A stretch of DNA of 63,821 nucleotides, counting the filler, from Dimorphilus gyrociliatus (lineage: Eukaryota > Animalia > Annelida): assembly GCA_904063045.1 (NCBI GenBank). It is 7 parts of 7 records of this genome, joined end to end, with 100 filler letters (N's around TTAATTAATTAA, not from the genome) between each part and the next. Parts side by side here need not be neighbours in the genome. Positions count along the whole stretch, not along the records: positions 37,542 to 50,962 come from CAJFCJ010000219.1; positions 51,063 to 58,016 come from CAJFCJ010000307.1; positions 58,117 to 63,821 come from CAJFCJ010000324.1; 4 more parts are not named here. One strand, written 5' to 3'. Position numbers and translations under genes: made by a program. This document shows, in pieces, positions 48,912 to 60,645 of this stretch. Each line of letters opens with the position of its first letter. Position 1 is the stretch's first letter. The notes under the pieces are model-generated. The model was given only the letters and a program-made list of their open reading frames with translations. It was not told the DNA's origin and ran no database searches.

Positions 48912-49429
48912 ATGGACCTCTTTGAATCTCTTGGAATCACAAAAAATTCATCAAAAGTGTCAATAAAAGAAGCTTTCAACAAGCTAACGTTAAAATACCA
49001 TCCTGATAGAAAGAATGGTAATCTAAATAAATATATACAAATATTAAAAACATATAAAGAATTATCCAAACTCAATAAAAGAGTTCTTTTAACATTTTAG
49101 AAGAAATTGAAAAATTTAAAAAAATTTACAAAAACTCAAAAGAAGAAATAAATTCAATTTTAGAAAACTATATTAAATTTAAAGGTAGTGTCAGTAAAAT
49201 TATAAATAATGTATTATTACTAGAATATGAGGATGAAGAAAGAGTTAGAAGTATCATAGAAGAGAATATAAAAAATAAAAAAATAAGAAGATATAAATTA
49301 TTTAAAAACAGAATAAAACGTAAAAATAAAATAGGATTAGATGTATTGTTAAGTAATACTGATAATAGTAGAGATAGATACAACGATTTTATAAAACAAA
49401 TGGAAGATAAGTATTTACATAAGAAATAG
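48912..49429 (+). CDS. DNAJC9: DnaJ subfamily C member 9-like co-chaperone, split by a one-base frameshift near 49075-49095
   Basis: J domain with HPD; the -1 frame continues EEIEKFKKIYKNSKEE...Y..FKG....I...V....DEER...II, the DNAJC9 C-terminal pattern. Confidence 0.7.
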
Positions 49430-49688
49430 AAAAATATACAAAGTTTATATATAGAATTCATATTAAAAAAATACTTTATGAACGTAATCATTGATACAAA
49501 ATAGTCATTATTTGATCGTTTAATAAAATATCTGAAAATAAATTGTTTATAATCTATTTAATAAAAATACAAAAAAGGAAACTTTAAATAAGTTAATTCT
49601 TTTTGATTTTTTTGACATTTTTTTACTTTAAAAAGGGAAATTTTCTAGACCTTATGTTTTTTTTAATTATTTATTTTTTTATATAATT

Positions 49689-50285
49689 ATGGTTTTTAAT
49701 ATAAGAGGTAGTCGCGCTCTTATCACTAAATTTTTAATAGCAAAGAGAGAGTTGCTTGCTGTTGAAAAAAGACTAGATTCTCTTCAAGAAATAATAGAAA
49801 GTATGAATGAAAGAACAAGAGATAATGAAAGAAGAATAAAAGAAATCAGTGAAATTGTAGAGAGTGATAAACCAGTAGATATAAATCAAATAATAGAACT
49901 AAATATTAATAGAATAAAAGATAATAAAAAGAAAATAGATACTAATAAAATGATAAAAGAATTTAATATAAGAAAGATAGAGACTAATAAAGCAGAGTTA
50001 CAAAATCACCAATTTGATGAAGAAAAGGTTCAAGAAATTATAGATAGTAATAAAAAAGCAATGTTAGCAAATGATGCAAAAGATGAAGATAACTTAAGAT
50101 TGGAGAGAATTAATAGTAAAATAGAAGAGATGAATCAAGAATTAAAGATTAAAAAACAACAGATTGAGAATGAAAAAGAAGGAAAAACAATAGTAAAGAG
50201 TTTATTTGATTCTATCGAAGAACATTCTTTAGTAGATAGTGATGAATCTGAATGTACGATTACTGAAAGTGAAGAAGAGGAATAA
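49689..50285 (+). CDS. Hypothetical coiled-coil protein with acidic tail
   Basis: 198-aa ORF with heptad character; ends ESEEEE. Confidence 0.6.
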   Translation: MVFNIRGSRALITKFLIAKRELLAVEKRLDSLQEIIESMNERTRDNERRIKEISEIVESDKPVDINQIIELNINRIKDNKKKIDTNKMIKEFNIRKIETNKAELQNHQFDEEKVQEIIDSNKKAMLANDAKDEDNLRLERINSKIEEMNQELKIKKQQIENEKEGKTIVKSLFDSIEEHSLVDSDESECTITESEEEE

Positions 50286-50559
50286 GAAGATAAATAAACG
50301 TTTTTTCTTATTTGAATAGTTTTACAATTTTTCGAGTAAATAGTGTTCTTGTTATTTAAGCTAAATAATATTTAATTAGTACAAAAAAAGGATCCGTATC
50401 TGAGCATTAACACATAATTATAATCGCCTACTTTTTTATAATAATCAAACAAGTATAAAAAAGATACGGGTAGAGCGAAATTATAGCTCTGTTTAAAAGT
50501 TTTTTAGAAAAACTAGATTTAATTATCAATCCTAAATATTATTGAAATTTTAGTATTTT

Positions 50560-50962
50560 GGTTAAATTTATTATTAAGACGTCTTTTACAGATGTATTCA
50601 AGAAATGAGTTAAAAAATTAAACACAATTATATCCTTTTTTTCTAGCTAACTTTTTTAGAAGATGCCAAAGGTCTTCTATGTATCAACTGTTGAATCATC
50701 AAGTAAAACAGGTATCAGAGAATGATTAATAGTTTGATTATCTAGTGATGGATCGTATATACGGGAAAAATTAGCATTATAAGCTCTCCATTTATAAATA
50801 ACACAGTTGTATTTAATAAAATATGTTCCTCGATAATACTTTGAATGGTTTGGGTATTATTATTGTGAACCCGTATGATAAAAATTCTTATTTGTTTTTC
50901 ACCTTATTCCATCCACATACCATTGTTGATGTGATATTCTACTTCTGTTGTATTTTATTTTC
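50560..50962 (-). pseudogene. Third Merlin-type transposase relic, truncated by the contig end
   Basis: TIQSIIEEHILLNT, KWRAYN, QTINHS and EDLWHLLKK in shifting frames. Confidence 0.65.
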
Positions 50963-51062
50963 NNNNNNNNNNNNNNNNNNNNNNNNNNNNNNNNNNNNNN
51001 NNNNNNTTAATTAATTAANNNNNNNNNNNNNNNNNNNNNNNNNNNNNNNNNNNNNNNNNNNN
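50963..51062. other. Artificial contig spacer
   Basis: Same N44-TTAATTAATTAA-N44 structure. Confidence 0.98.
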
Positions 51063-51706
51063 AGGAAACTCCTTTGAATTCTGTGCCAGAACTCGCCAGT
51101 CATTATATCAAACTAATTAGAACAGTACATAAAACAGGAAAAGTTAATGTAGCCGGTTACTCTTTCGGCGCTTGTGTAGCCTTTGAAATGGCATTACAAT
51201 TGGAACAAAATGGTGATTTAAATACCGTTACATTATTGGATGGTTCTCATTCCTACGTCTCTACTCATACGACCGCACATAAAGAAGCGTTGAAGAGCAG
51301 GGAGGCTCAGTTATCGTACGCCTTAGCAACATTTGCCGATACGTTAATAGAGCCTTTCGATCACACTATCTTTACGGCGGATCTCTTAAAGTGTAAGGAT
51401 GACGAGAGTCGATATGAAACCTTAACTAAAACATTGAAAGATGTCGAAAAATTGGAAAATGTCGAAGAAGCCGCTAAATCGTTTGTTAAGAAATTATCAA
51501 TTGGAGATGAATACGTACCAAAACGTAAATTACATGAGAATGTTACATTGGTATCGGCCAAAAAGAGTTCAGTTAATTTGGGTAAAACCTATGGCTTGGA
51601 GAATGTTTGCGAAGGCAATATAAAAGTAATAGAGGTCGAAGGAGACCATAATTCATTTTTGAAGACAAATGAAGGCAAAGACGTTGCTTCTGCTTTTTGT
51701 TTCTAG
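51063..51706 (+). CDS. FASN: Fatty acid synthase, C-terminal thioesterase domain (3' end); broken mirror copy at about 57379-58016 (-)
   Basis: AGYSFGACVAFEM (GxSxG), LLDGSHSYV, EGDHNSFL. Confidence 0.85.
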
Positions 51707-52166
51707 TCCCTATACACTTATATATATGCATATATATACATACATATATCTAATTCTGAATTTTGAGAGAATAAAATGTTGATATTTTGAAGAAATTACC
51801 CCAAAATTAAAAATTATTCTTTTAATTTTATTTACTTAACTTAGATGGCGCTTTAACACTTTGTACAAATAGGCGTGTGTGTAAATCGCTTTACGCGCCA
51901 TCTGCCTCAAGGCTCCATGGCAGCGGTTATAATAAACGATTATTAGGATTAGTAACGGTTTTTTGGTTAATTTCATGCAGTGAGTTATACAGAGCTTTCT
52001 AAGATCAACTTAACATTTTTAAATCGATGATTGCCTTATTTACAAATTGTTGTTAAAAGAAATTATTGACAAACATATTAAGGTAACAATTTGCCTAATA
52101 AAAAATCGACTTATTTCTAGTCTTTCGAGTTCTATTATACTTATTTTCGATTGTTATAGAGAAGGT

Positions 52167-53166
52167 ATGTCGCGCCCAAGCAGTTCAAAAGGAAAGAAGG
52201 GTAAAAAAGGTCAAACTAAAACGCCTAAACAACAAGTGAAAGAATTAACGGAACAGAATGCAGAACTTATGAAGCAACTTGATGAAAATAGAGAAAACTT
52301 GCGAACTTGTGAAGATAAGCTAGCGTTTTTAACCGTGACGTTGCTACGTAACTTGGATCCAAGAGACTTTGGTGTTCGACCAGACGCCGAACCATTACTT
52401 GTTCCAACAAAAGCTTTAGAGCAAATGGTATCTAGTCTATCTGCCAAAAAAGAAAGTTCGAGAAGTGTCTGTTGAAGCTAGAATAGAAGAATTAGAGACT
52501 CGTGTTACTCAAATGAACTCAGAAATGGCTAAAATGTGTAAGAAGACTATAGCATACGAAAATGGATTACAGGACTTATTGTCCTATAATAACATTGATG
52601 AAGTAAAGGATAAAATCTACGATCTTCAATTCATTGCAGGAAAGCAGTACGAATCCATCGCGATTGCCGATTCTCAAGCAATCAAACCACCAATGATGGA
52701 TGGTATAGAGAGAAGGAGCGACGCAGCATGCAGAAGAATGATCGATAATGAAATTGAATTGAATCTTGTACCCCCAGCTGATAAATTACCAGGAGACACG
52801 CATATTTCAGATATGCATAACAATCTCAGGTTGCATTTGATAAATGAATTAAGCTACACAAAGCGTTCAGGTAAGCTTAATAGATTAGTTTATACTTTTG
52901 CAAATAATTAACGAGTATGATACGCATGTTTTTTTTTGTTCTCTTTAGGAATGGATTGGAGAATGTTAGCCGATAGGGTTGGTATAGCACGAGAACAAAT
53001 TGAGGAATGGCAATATCAGAAACTAGATATGCCAGCTGGACGGGTATTCTCAGCTTGGTCACAATCAGATGGTGCAACTGTTCGACTTCTGCATAGACAT
53101 TTAATATCGCCAGAAATGAGGTGCACATTTTTAGCCAAGCGATTATCCGATTTTTACGACGTGTAA
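52167..53166 (+). CDS. Coiled-coil + death-domain protein (intron 52871-52948); mirror copy at about 55929-56920 (-)
   Basis: MSRPSSSKGKKGKK basic N-terminus, coiled coil, then GMDWRMLADRVGI..EQIEEW...VFSAWSQ...TV..L. The frameshift at about 52450 is absent from the mirror arm. Confidence 0.75.
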
Positions 53167-53373
53167 TCGATTATTTTAAGTTTTATATGTTTCTCCGAAT
53201 TTGATAATATAAAAAAAAAAGCAACTTCTACCAAAAGTTTAACCTTCACCTTAAATCTATTATATTCTAACTTGTGTTTAGTATTGTTTACTTTTAAAAG
53301 TGTTCATAGTATAAGAAATCGGATTTTTGGGAGTTAAATAGCCCATAGGGGAAATAGAACGATGTATAAAACG

Positions 53374-54118
53374 TTAATGCTTGTCTTCCGGACGACAAAT
53401 TATTACCGGACAGTGAGCGTGATGAAGAACGTAGTCGCTGTTGAATAGATTAGTATAATAATAGAATTAATAAGAAAGATGATAGTGAATAATGGAAATC
53501 ATTTTTACCTTACTGAACCGAGTAAAGTCTACGGATTGTACCATTCCTCTTGTTCCCATAACGATCATTCTAGCTCCTTCTTCTTTTGCAAATCGATTAT
53601 CAATTCTCCAGGCCTGCCACTAAAAACGGCCTTAATGCGACCCGAAATCTGTAATTAATTAAGGAAATGCGATGTTGTTTTTTAACATTTGTCCCACACT
53701 CCTCCTTAAGAAAGAAGTTACCTTATTAGCACGCATTTTATTTGCAAACTTTTCCTCAAGCTTCTTCACTTTATCCTTTTCAGCAGCTAGCATTTGCTCC
53801 CTAACTCGCCAGACATGTACATTGCCTCTGCAAAGAAGTCAATCAAACATATTTCAATAGTACACTCATACAACAAGGCTAAAAATACACGTACGTTGGG
53901 AAGACACAAAAGGTGGTTCTGCACTATGAACTAACAGAAGATTATGATCACTCTTGTGCATATGCTCTATGTAAACTGTTCAAACATTATGATATTAAGT
54001 GAATTTTAGAAAATAGTAGGTCAAAGTTTCGAGGCTTACATTCAAAAGCATGATCAGCTTGTTCACTTCCATCAATGGCAACAATAACGGTGAACTTTTT
54101 TTCAGCTACTTCTGCCAT
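53374..54118 (-). CDS. Universal stress protein (mirror copy)
   Basis: Reverse complement of 54978-55722. Confidence 0.7.
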
Positions 54119-54977
54119 ATTTCGTCTTCGTTCGGCGCTTTAGTCTGCTTAGTTCGAAAGATGGGATATAAATGACAACAATTATTTTAAGAGAGTGAAG
54201 TTTGACCTTGACCTTTGAACTTGTCTTTGCTTGGTGGAAAAAAACAAATTTTAGACACGTTCGTGGTAATTTTGAATTATTTCAGATCTAAGTAAAATTC
54301 GAATTTTAACATTATAACTATTTTATTGTGTCATTTCATATATGTATGTACTAAAGCCAAATGTAAACTATTAACTTTTATCTTTAGGCACTTTTGAACA
54401 AACGAGACAGATAGATGACGCAAACACCAAAACAAAAATGGCCACTCTATTAATATTTTTAGCTGCGCCATAAGTCAAATATACTGTTATCAATTACTTT
54501 CGATTTTCTGCTTGATATTATTTACCTAATATCGTTTAAAAGATCATAAATATCTACAATATTCTATTGATAATATTTCAAGTATAAGCGAAAATGAAAG
54601 TAATTGATAACAGTATATTTGACTTATGGGAGCTAAAATATTAATAGAGTGGCCATTTTTGTTTTGGTGTTTGCGTCATCTATCTGTCTCGTTTGTTCAA
54701 AAGTGCCTAAAGATAAAAGTTAATAGTTTACATTTGGCTTTAGTACATACATATATGAAATGACACAATAAAATAGTTATAATGTTAAAATTCGAATTTT
54801 ACTTAGATCTGAAATAATTCAAAATTACCACGAACGTGTCTAAAATTTGTTTTTTTCCACCAAGCAAAGACAAGTTCAAAGGTCAAGGTCAAACTTCACT
54901 CTCTTAAAATATATTGTTGTCATTTATATCCCATCTTTCGAACTAAGCAGACTAAAGCGGCCGAACGAAGACGAAAT

Positions 54978-55722
54978 ATGGCAGAAGTAGCTGAAAAAAA
55001 GTTCACCGTTATTGTTGCCATTGATGGAAGTGAACAAGCTGATCATGCTTTTGAATGTAAGCCTCGAAACTTTGACCTACTATTTTCTAAAATTCACTTA
55101 ATATCATAATGTTTGAACAGTTTACATAGAGCATATGCACAAGAGTGATCATAATCTTCTGTTAGTTCATAGTGCAGAACCACCTTTTGTGTCTTCCAAC
55201 GTACGTGTATTTTTAGCCTTGTTGTATGAGTGTACTATTGAAATATGTTTGATTGACTTCTTTGCAGAGGCAATGTACATGTCTGGCGAGTTATGGGAGC
55301 AAATGCTAGCTGCTGAAAAGGATAAAGTGAAGAAGCTTGAGGAAAAGTTTGCAAATAAAATGCGTGCTAATAAGGTAACTTCTTTCTTAAGGAGGAGTGT
55401 GGGACAAATGTTAAAAACAACATCGCATTTCCTTAATTAATTACAGATTTCGGGTCGCATTAAGGCCGTTTTTGTGGCAGGCCTGGAGAATTGATAATCG
55501 ATTTGGCAAAGAAGAAGGAGCTAGAATGATCGTTATGGGAACAAGAGGAATGGGTACAATCCGTAGGACTTTACTCGGTTCAGTAAGGTAAAAATGATTT
55601 CCATTATTCACTATCATCTTTCTTATTAATTCTATTATTATACTAATCTATTCAACAGCGACTACGTTCTTCATCACGCTCACTGTCCGGTAATAATTTG
55701 TCGTCCGGAAGACAAGCATTAA
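54978..55722 (+). CDS. Universal stress protein (UspA family), 5 exons
   Basis: Spliced product VIVAIDGSEQADHAF...LLLVHS...MIVMGTRGMGTIRRTLLGS|VSDYVLHHAHCPVIICR with the G-x2-G-x9-GS motif. Confidence 0.9.
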
Positions 55723-58016
55723 CGTTTTATACATCGTTCTATTTCCCTATGGGCTATTTAACTCCCAAAAATCCGATTTCTTATACTATGAACACTTTTA
55801 AAAGTAAACAATACTAAACACAAGTTAGAATATAATAGATTTAAGGTGAAGGTTAAACTTTTGGTAGAAGTTGCTTTTTTTTTTATATTATCAAATTCGG
55901 AGAAACATATAAAACTTAAAATAATCGATTACACGTCGTAAAAATCGGATAATCGCTTGGCTAAAAAGTGCACCTCATTTCTGGCGATATTAAATGTCTA
56001 TGCAGAAGTCGAACAGTTGCACCATCTGATTGTGACCAAGCTGAGAATACCGTCCAGCTGGCATATCTAGTTTCTGATATTGCCATTCCTCAATTTGTTC
56101 TCGTGCTATACCAACCCTATCGGCTAACATTCTCCAATCCATTCCTAAAGAGAACAAAAAAACATGCGTATCATACTCGTTAATTATTTGCAAAATATAA
56201 ACTAATCTATTAAGCTTACCTGAAGCTTTGTGTAGCTTAATTCATTTATCAAATGCAACTGAGATTGTTATGCATATCTGAAATATGCGTGTCTCCTGGT
56301 AATTTATCAGCTGGGGGTACAAGATTCAATTCAATTTCATTATCGATCATTCTTCTGCATGCTGCGTCGCTCCTTCTCTCTATACCATCCATCATTGGTG
56401 GTTTGATTGCTTGAGAATCGGCAATCGCGATGGATTCGTACTGCTTTCCTGCAATGAATTGAAGATCGTAGATTTTATCCTTTACTTCATCAATGTTATT
56501 ATAGGACAATAAGTCCTGTAATCCATTTTCGTATGCTATAGTCTTCTTACACATTTTAGCCATTTCTGAGTTCATTTGAGTAACACGAGTCTCTAATTCT
56601 TCTATTCTAGCTTCAACAGACACTTCTCGAACTTTCTTTTTTGCAGATAGACTAGATACCATTTGCTCTAAAGCTTTTGTTGGAACAAGTAATGGTTCGG
56701 CGTCTGGTCGAACACCAAAGTCTCTTGGATCCAAGTTACGTAGCAACGTCACGGTTAAAAACGCTAGCTTATCTTCACAAGTTCGCAAGTTTTCTCTATT
56801 TTCATCAAGTTGCTTCATAAGTTCTGCATTCTGTTCCGTTAATTCTTTCACTTGTTGTTTAGGCGTTTTAGTTTGACCTTTTTTACCCTTCTTTCCTTTT
56901 GAACTGCTTGGGCGCGACATACCTTCTCTATAACAATCGAAAATAAGTATAATAGAACTGAAAGACTAGAAATAAGTCGATTTTTTATTAGGCAAATTGT
57001 TACCTTAATATGTTTGTCAATAATTTCTTTTAACAACAATTTGTAAATAAGGCAATCATCGATTTAAAAATGTTAAGTTGATCTTAGAAAGCTCTGTATA
57101 ACTCACTGCATGAAATTAACCAAAAAACCGTTACTAACCTAATAATCGTTTATTATAACCGCTGCCATGGAGCCTTGAGGCAGATGGCGCGTAAAGCGAT
57201 TTACACACACGCCTATTTGTACAAAGTGTTAAAGCGCCATCTAAGTTAAGTAAATAAAATTAAAAGAATAATTTTTAATTTTGGGGTAATTTCTTCAAAA
57301 TATCAACATTTTATTCTCTCAAAATTCAGAATTAGATATATGTATGTATATATATGCATATATATAAGTGTATAGGGACTAGAAACAAAAAGCAGAAGCA
57401 ACGTCTTTGCCTTCATTTGTCTTCAAAATGAATTATGGTCTCCTTCGACTCTATTACTTTTATATTGCCTTCGCAAACATTCTCCAAGCCATAGGTTTTA
57501 CCCAAATTAACTGAACTCTTTTTGGCCGATACCAATGTAACATTCTCATGTAATTTACGTTTTGGTACGTATTCATCTCCAATTGATAATTTTTAACAAA
57601 CGATTTAGCGGCTTCTTCGACATTTTCCAATTTTTCGACATCTTTCAATGTTTTAGTTAAGGTTTCATATCGACTCTCGTCATCCTTACACTTTAAGAGA
57701 TCGCCGTAAAGATAGTGTGATCGAAAGGCTCTATTAACGTATCGGCAAATGTTGCTAAGGCGTACGATAACTGAGCCTCCTGCTCTTCAACGCTTCTTTA
57801 TGTGCGGTCGTATGAGTAGAGACGTAGGAATGAGAACCATCCAATAATGTAACGGTATTTAAATCACCATTTTGTTCCAATTGTAATGCCATTTCAAAGG
57901 CTACACAAGCGCCGAAAGAGTAACCGGCTACATTAACTTTTCCTGTTTTATGTACTGTTCTAATTAGTTTGATATAATGACTGGCGAGTTCTGGCACAGA
58001 ATTCAAGGAGTTTCCT

Positions 58017-58116
58017 NNNNNNNNNNNNNNNNNNNNNNNNNNNNNNNNNNNNNNNNNNNNTTAATTAATTAANNNNNNNNNNNNNNNNNNNNNNNNNNNN
58101 NNNNNNNNNNNNNNNN
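58017..58116. other. Artificial contig spacer
   Basis: Same N44-TTAATTAATTAA-N44 structure. Confidence 0.98.
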
Positions 58117-58619
58117 ATTCGAATTCTCTTTTCCTCTGTATCCCAAAGGTTTAATTCACAAGCAGTTTGAAAGTTCCTCTTAAAGGCCCAAGTATCTTTG
58201 CTACCAGAAAAAGGTCTTAGCAAAGTAGTATTAGGTTTCTCATTAGCATCAATTAGAAGACTTGCAATTGTCTTTTCCAAAGCATTATCTTGAATGCCAT
58301 CATTATTGAATTTTGGTTGAGTAGGATAAGGGTTCTCCATACCTTCAGGAATTATAGCTGCCCCAGTCATCAAATGGTATTTCAAAAAACTATTACCATC
58401 AACCTTGGCTCCACTACTTTTAATTCTCAACATTAATTCATTTATTTTAGTAAGATACTCATCTATTTCTTTGCCTCTGGTCTTGTCATTTTCAAAAACC
58501 AAAATATCATTCATTGTAGAAGTGTTGTGGGCTGTCGACTGCGCCATATTTGTACTTTGTTGTATTGTAATTGTAGGAAGTCCTAGCTCGTCACTATCAA
58601 ATTCGTCCTCTCCAATCAT
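58117..58619 (-). CDS. Retrotransposon gag-like ORF, 3'-truncated
   Basis: LRPFSGSKDTWAFKRNFQTACELNLWDTEEK resembles the Ty3/gypsy gag PFSG...W.F...F...N.W pattern. Confidence 0.55.
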
Positions 58620-60353
58620 TTACCAATGTGCCAAAGTACTGGTCCAAATAGAACCTTTCAAGTTCGTCCACAAGTAGTCTTAATAAATGTAATTCCAGTA
58701 AAAATTAACCAACAAACACCAGTATTTCATTCAAAGAATATGTATTTGAGTAAATGAGTTTCTAGTTCTAAACAAGCAAGTTTGAACAACCAGCTGATGG
58801 TTAGAAAACTGAACTGACTACTGTTAAATTCGTAGGGTTTATATACTTTTCCAATAGTTCACAGTTCACGGATAAAAATATTCACACAAACAAATGTAAC
58901 AATTTGGATAAAGGGAAAGTTCAAATATACTTCCATGTTTGTTACTTTTTCTTTATCTTGGAGAACTTTTGCTCCCTATTTTAGTAGGTCAGAAAGTTGC
59001 CTAAGATGTAACAATTATTAATAGAAGTTGGATTGATTCCAAAACACAAAAATAGGAAAAGGTCAACTTGATGCCGTTTTAATATACAACAAATTATTAA
59101 TAATAATTGTTTGTGTAAGATAATATGTTTCTGTGTAAAGGACTGGTAGGATAAAAGTATTAAACTTAATCATTCAATATAGTATTGTGCATACAATACT
59201 GTTGAAAAGTGACAATAATCTAAAAGCTCCAAATATAAATAGAATAGTGGAAGATATAATTAATATTCATTAAATATGATGTGTATAATAATTAGGGTTA
59301 ACATCTAAGTTGTAAAATACTTTTACAACTTAGTTTAAATAGTGTATGTTGTAGTTTTAGGTGTGTAAAGTACTCTATAATACTCTTTCAATATTGCTTT
59401 CCATTGATGAATGAAATGTAACAATTTGGGTGTATTGTGTGAGTTTGTGAGCCTGGTTACGAGCTTATGTGTTTAGTACCTACAAACTGCCTAAATGTGT
59501 ACACAAAACACTGATGATTATGTCACTATGTGTGAACAGCTTCTTTTAGACTCAAAACAGTATTCTGTCCTATCAACAATATCATGTAACCAAACAACAG
59601 AAAATGATAGCTTTTTAAAACAGTCTATTACTTATTATAAAAACTTGATAAAAAGATTCAAAGTTATGCTTAATGATGATGAATATCAAGAACTGTTAGA
59701 CTCTGTTTGTATGAAACAAAATTTAATCAAGCATATGATATTTTATGGATTGCCAAAGATTCACAAAGAAAGAGATGAATGGCTTATAAATGGAAAAATA
59801 CCTAAAGGTAGACCTGTTGTAAGCAACTTGAGAACTGAATCCTATGAAATATCAAGATTTCTATCACACTACTTGAAACCAATTAGTACATTACATGCTT
59901 CCTATATTGGACAACTCTCAAAATTTTTTAAATCAACTAAGTAGAATTAACATTCCCTCTGATGCTCTTCTTATAACACTTGATGTTAAAAATATGTACA
60001 CAAATATTGATACATATACTGGTCTGAAAGCTGTCAAATACTTTTTTCAAAAGTACCCTTCAAACAATAGACCTGATGACTTTCTAATAGAACTTCTCCA
60101 GTATAATTTGCACAAGAATCATTTTAAATTTTTAAACAAAATATTTCTTCAAAAATTTGGATGTGCTATGGGTCAGAGTTATGCTCCAGCATATGCTAAT
60201 TTATGGATGGCTTGGATGGAAGAAGTTTTTCTTTTTAATATAAAACCAAAGCCATTTTTCTATAAAAGATATTTAGATGATATCTTTCTGATTTGGACTG
60301 AAGGAGTTGAAAAATTTGTTAATTATCTTAGAAAAGCCAACAGTATTTTAAAG

Positions 60354-60464
60354 GGGTACAGGAGAAAACGTCCACTGGAGAAAACGTCCACTGGAGAAAA
60401 CGTCCACTGTTTGGAGAAAACGTCCACTGCTTGGAGAAAACGTCCACTGGAGAAAACGTCCATT
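60354..60464 (+). repeat. Left TIR: six GGAGAAAACGTCCACT units, spacing 16/16/20/20/16
   Basis: Read directly. Confidence 0.95.
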
Positions 60465-60645
60465 ATAAAACTTCAAAGTAAGATATAACATATTTGATAG
60501 ATGGAGTTTTTAGAGCAATTTGACAGGAAAAAATGAATAATAAGAATTACAAATATTTAAATATTAATATATTGATTAAGTAAAAAGAAGCAATATAACA
60601 AGAATGATTGACAACAGTGTAACAACATTAAAGAATAAAGGTATT

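Larger units (their letters stand above)
51063..58016. repeat. Whole-contig inverted duplication (fold-back), apex about 54515-54585
   Basis: The first bases AGGAAACTCCTT... are the reverse complement of the last bases; every gene appears twice in mirror; the arms differ mainly by single-base indels. Confidence 0.95.

Noticed and set aside
51074-51706. NRPS/PKS thioesterase of a biosynthetic cluster
   Set aside because: The motifs (GYSFGACVAFEM, LLDGSHSYV) and animal context fit metazoan FASN.
51063-58016. True inverted gene duplication of FASN, the death-domain gene and USP
   Set aside because: The symmetry runs exactly to both contig ends and the differences are mainly indels; an artefact is far more likely.
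58893-59430. Repeated TGTAACAATT(TGG) at about 58896, 59008 and 59417 as LTR ends or PBS
   Set aside because: No extended direct repeat or convincing tRNA-complementary PBS could be matched by eye.
59100-59520. Hammerhead ribozyme expected near a Penelope element
   Set aside because: CTGATGA occurs, but I could not find a matching GAAA core with supporting stems; a covariance-model search is needed.
60361-60464. CRISPR-like direct repeats
   Set aside because: The 16-bp units are separated by only 0 or 4 nt, are mirrored at 63006-63109, are eukaryotic and have no cas genes; they are transposon TIR subrepeats.
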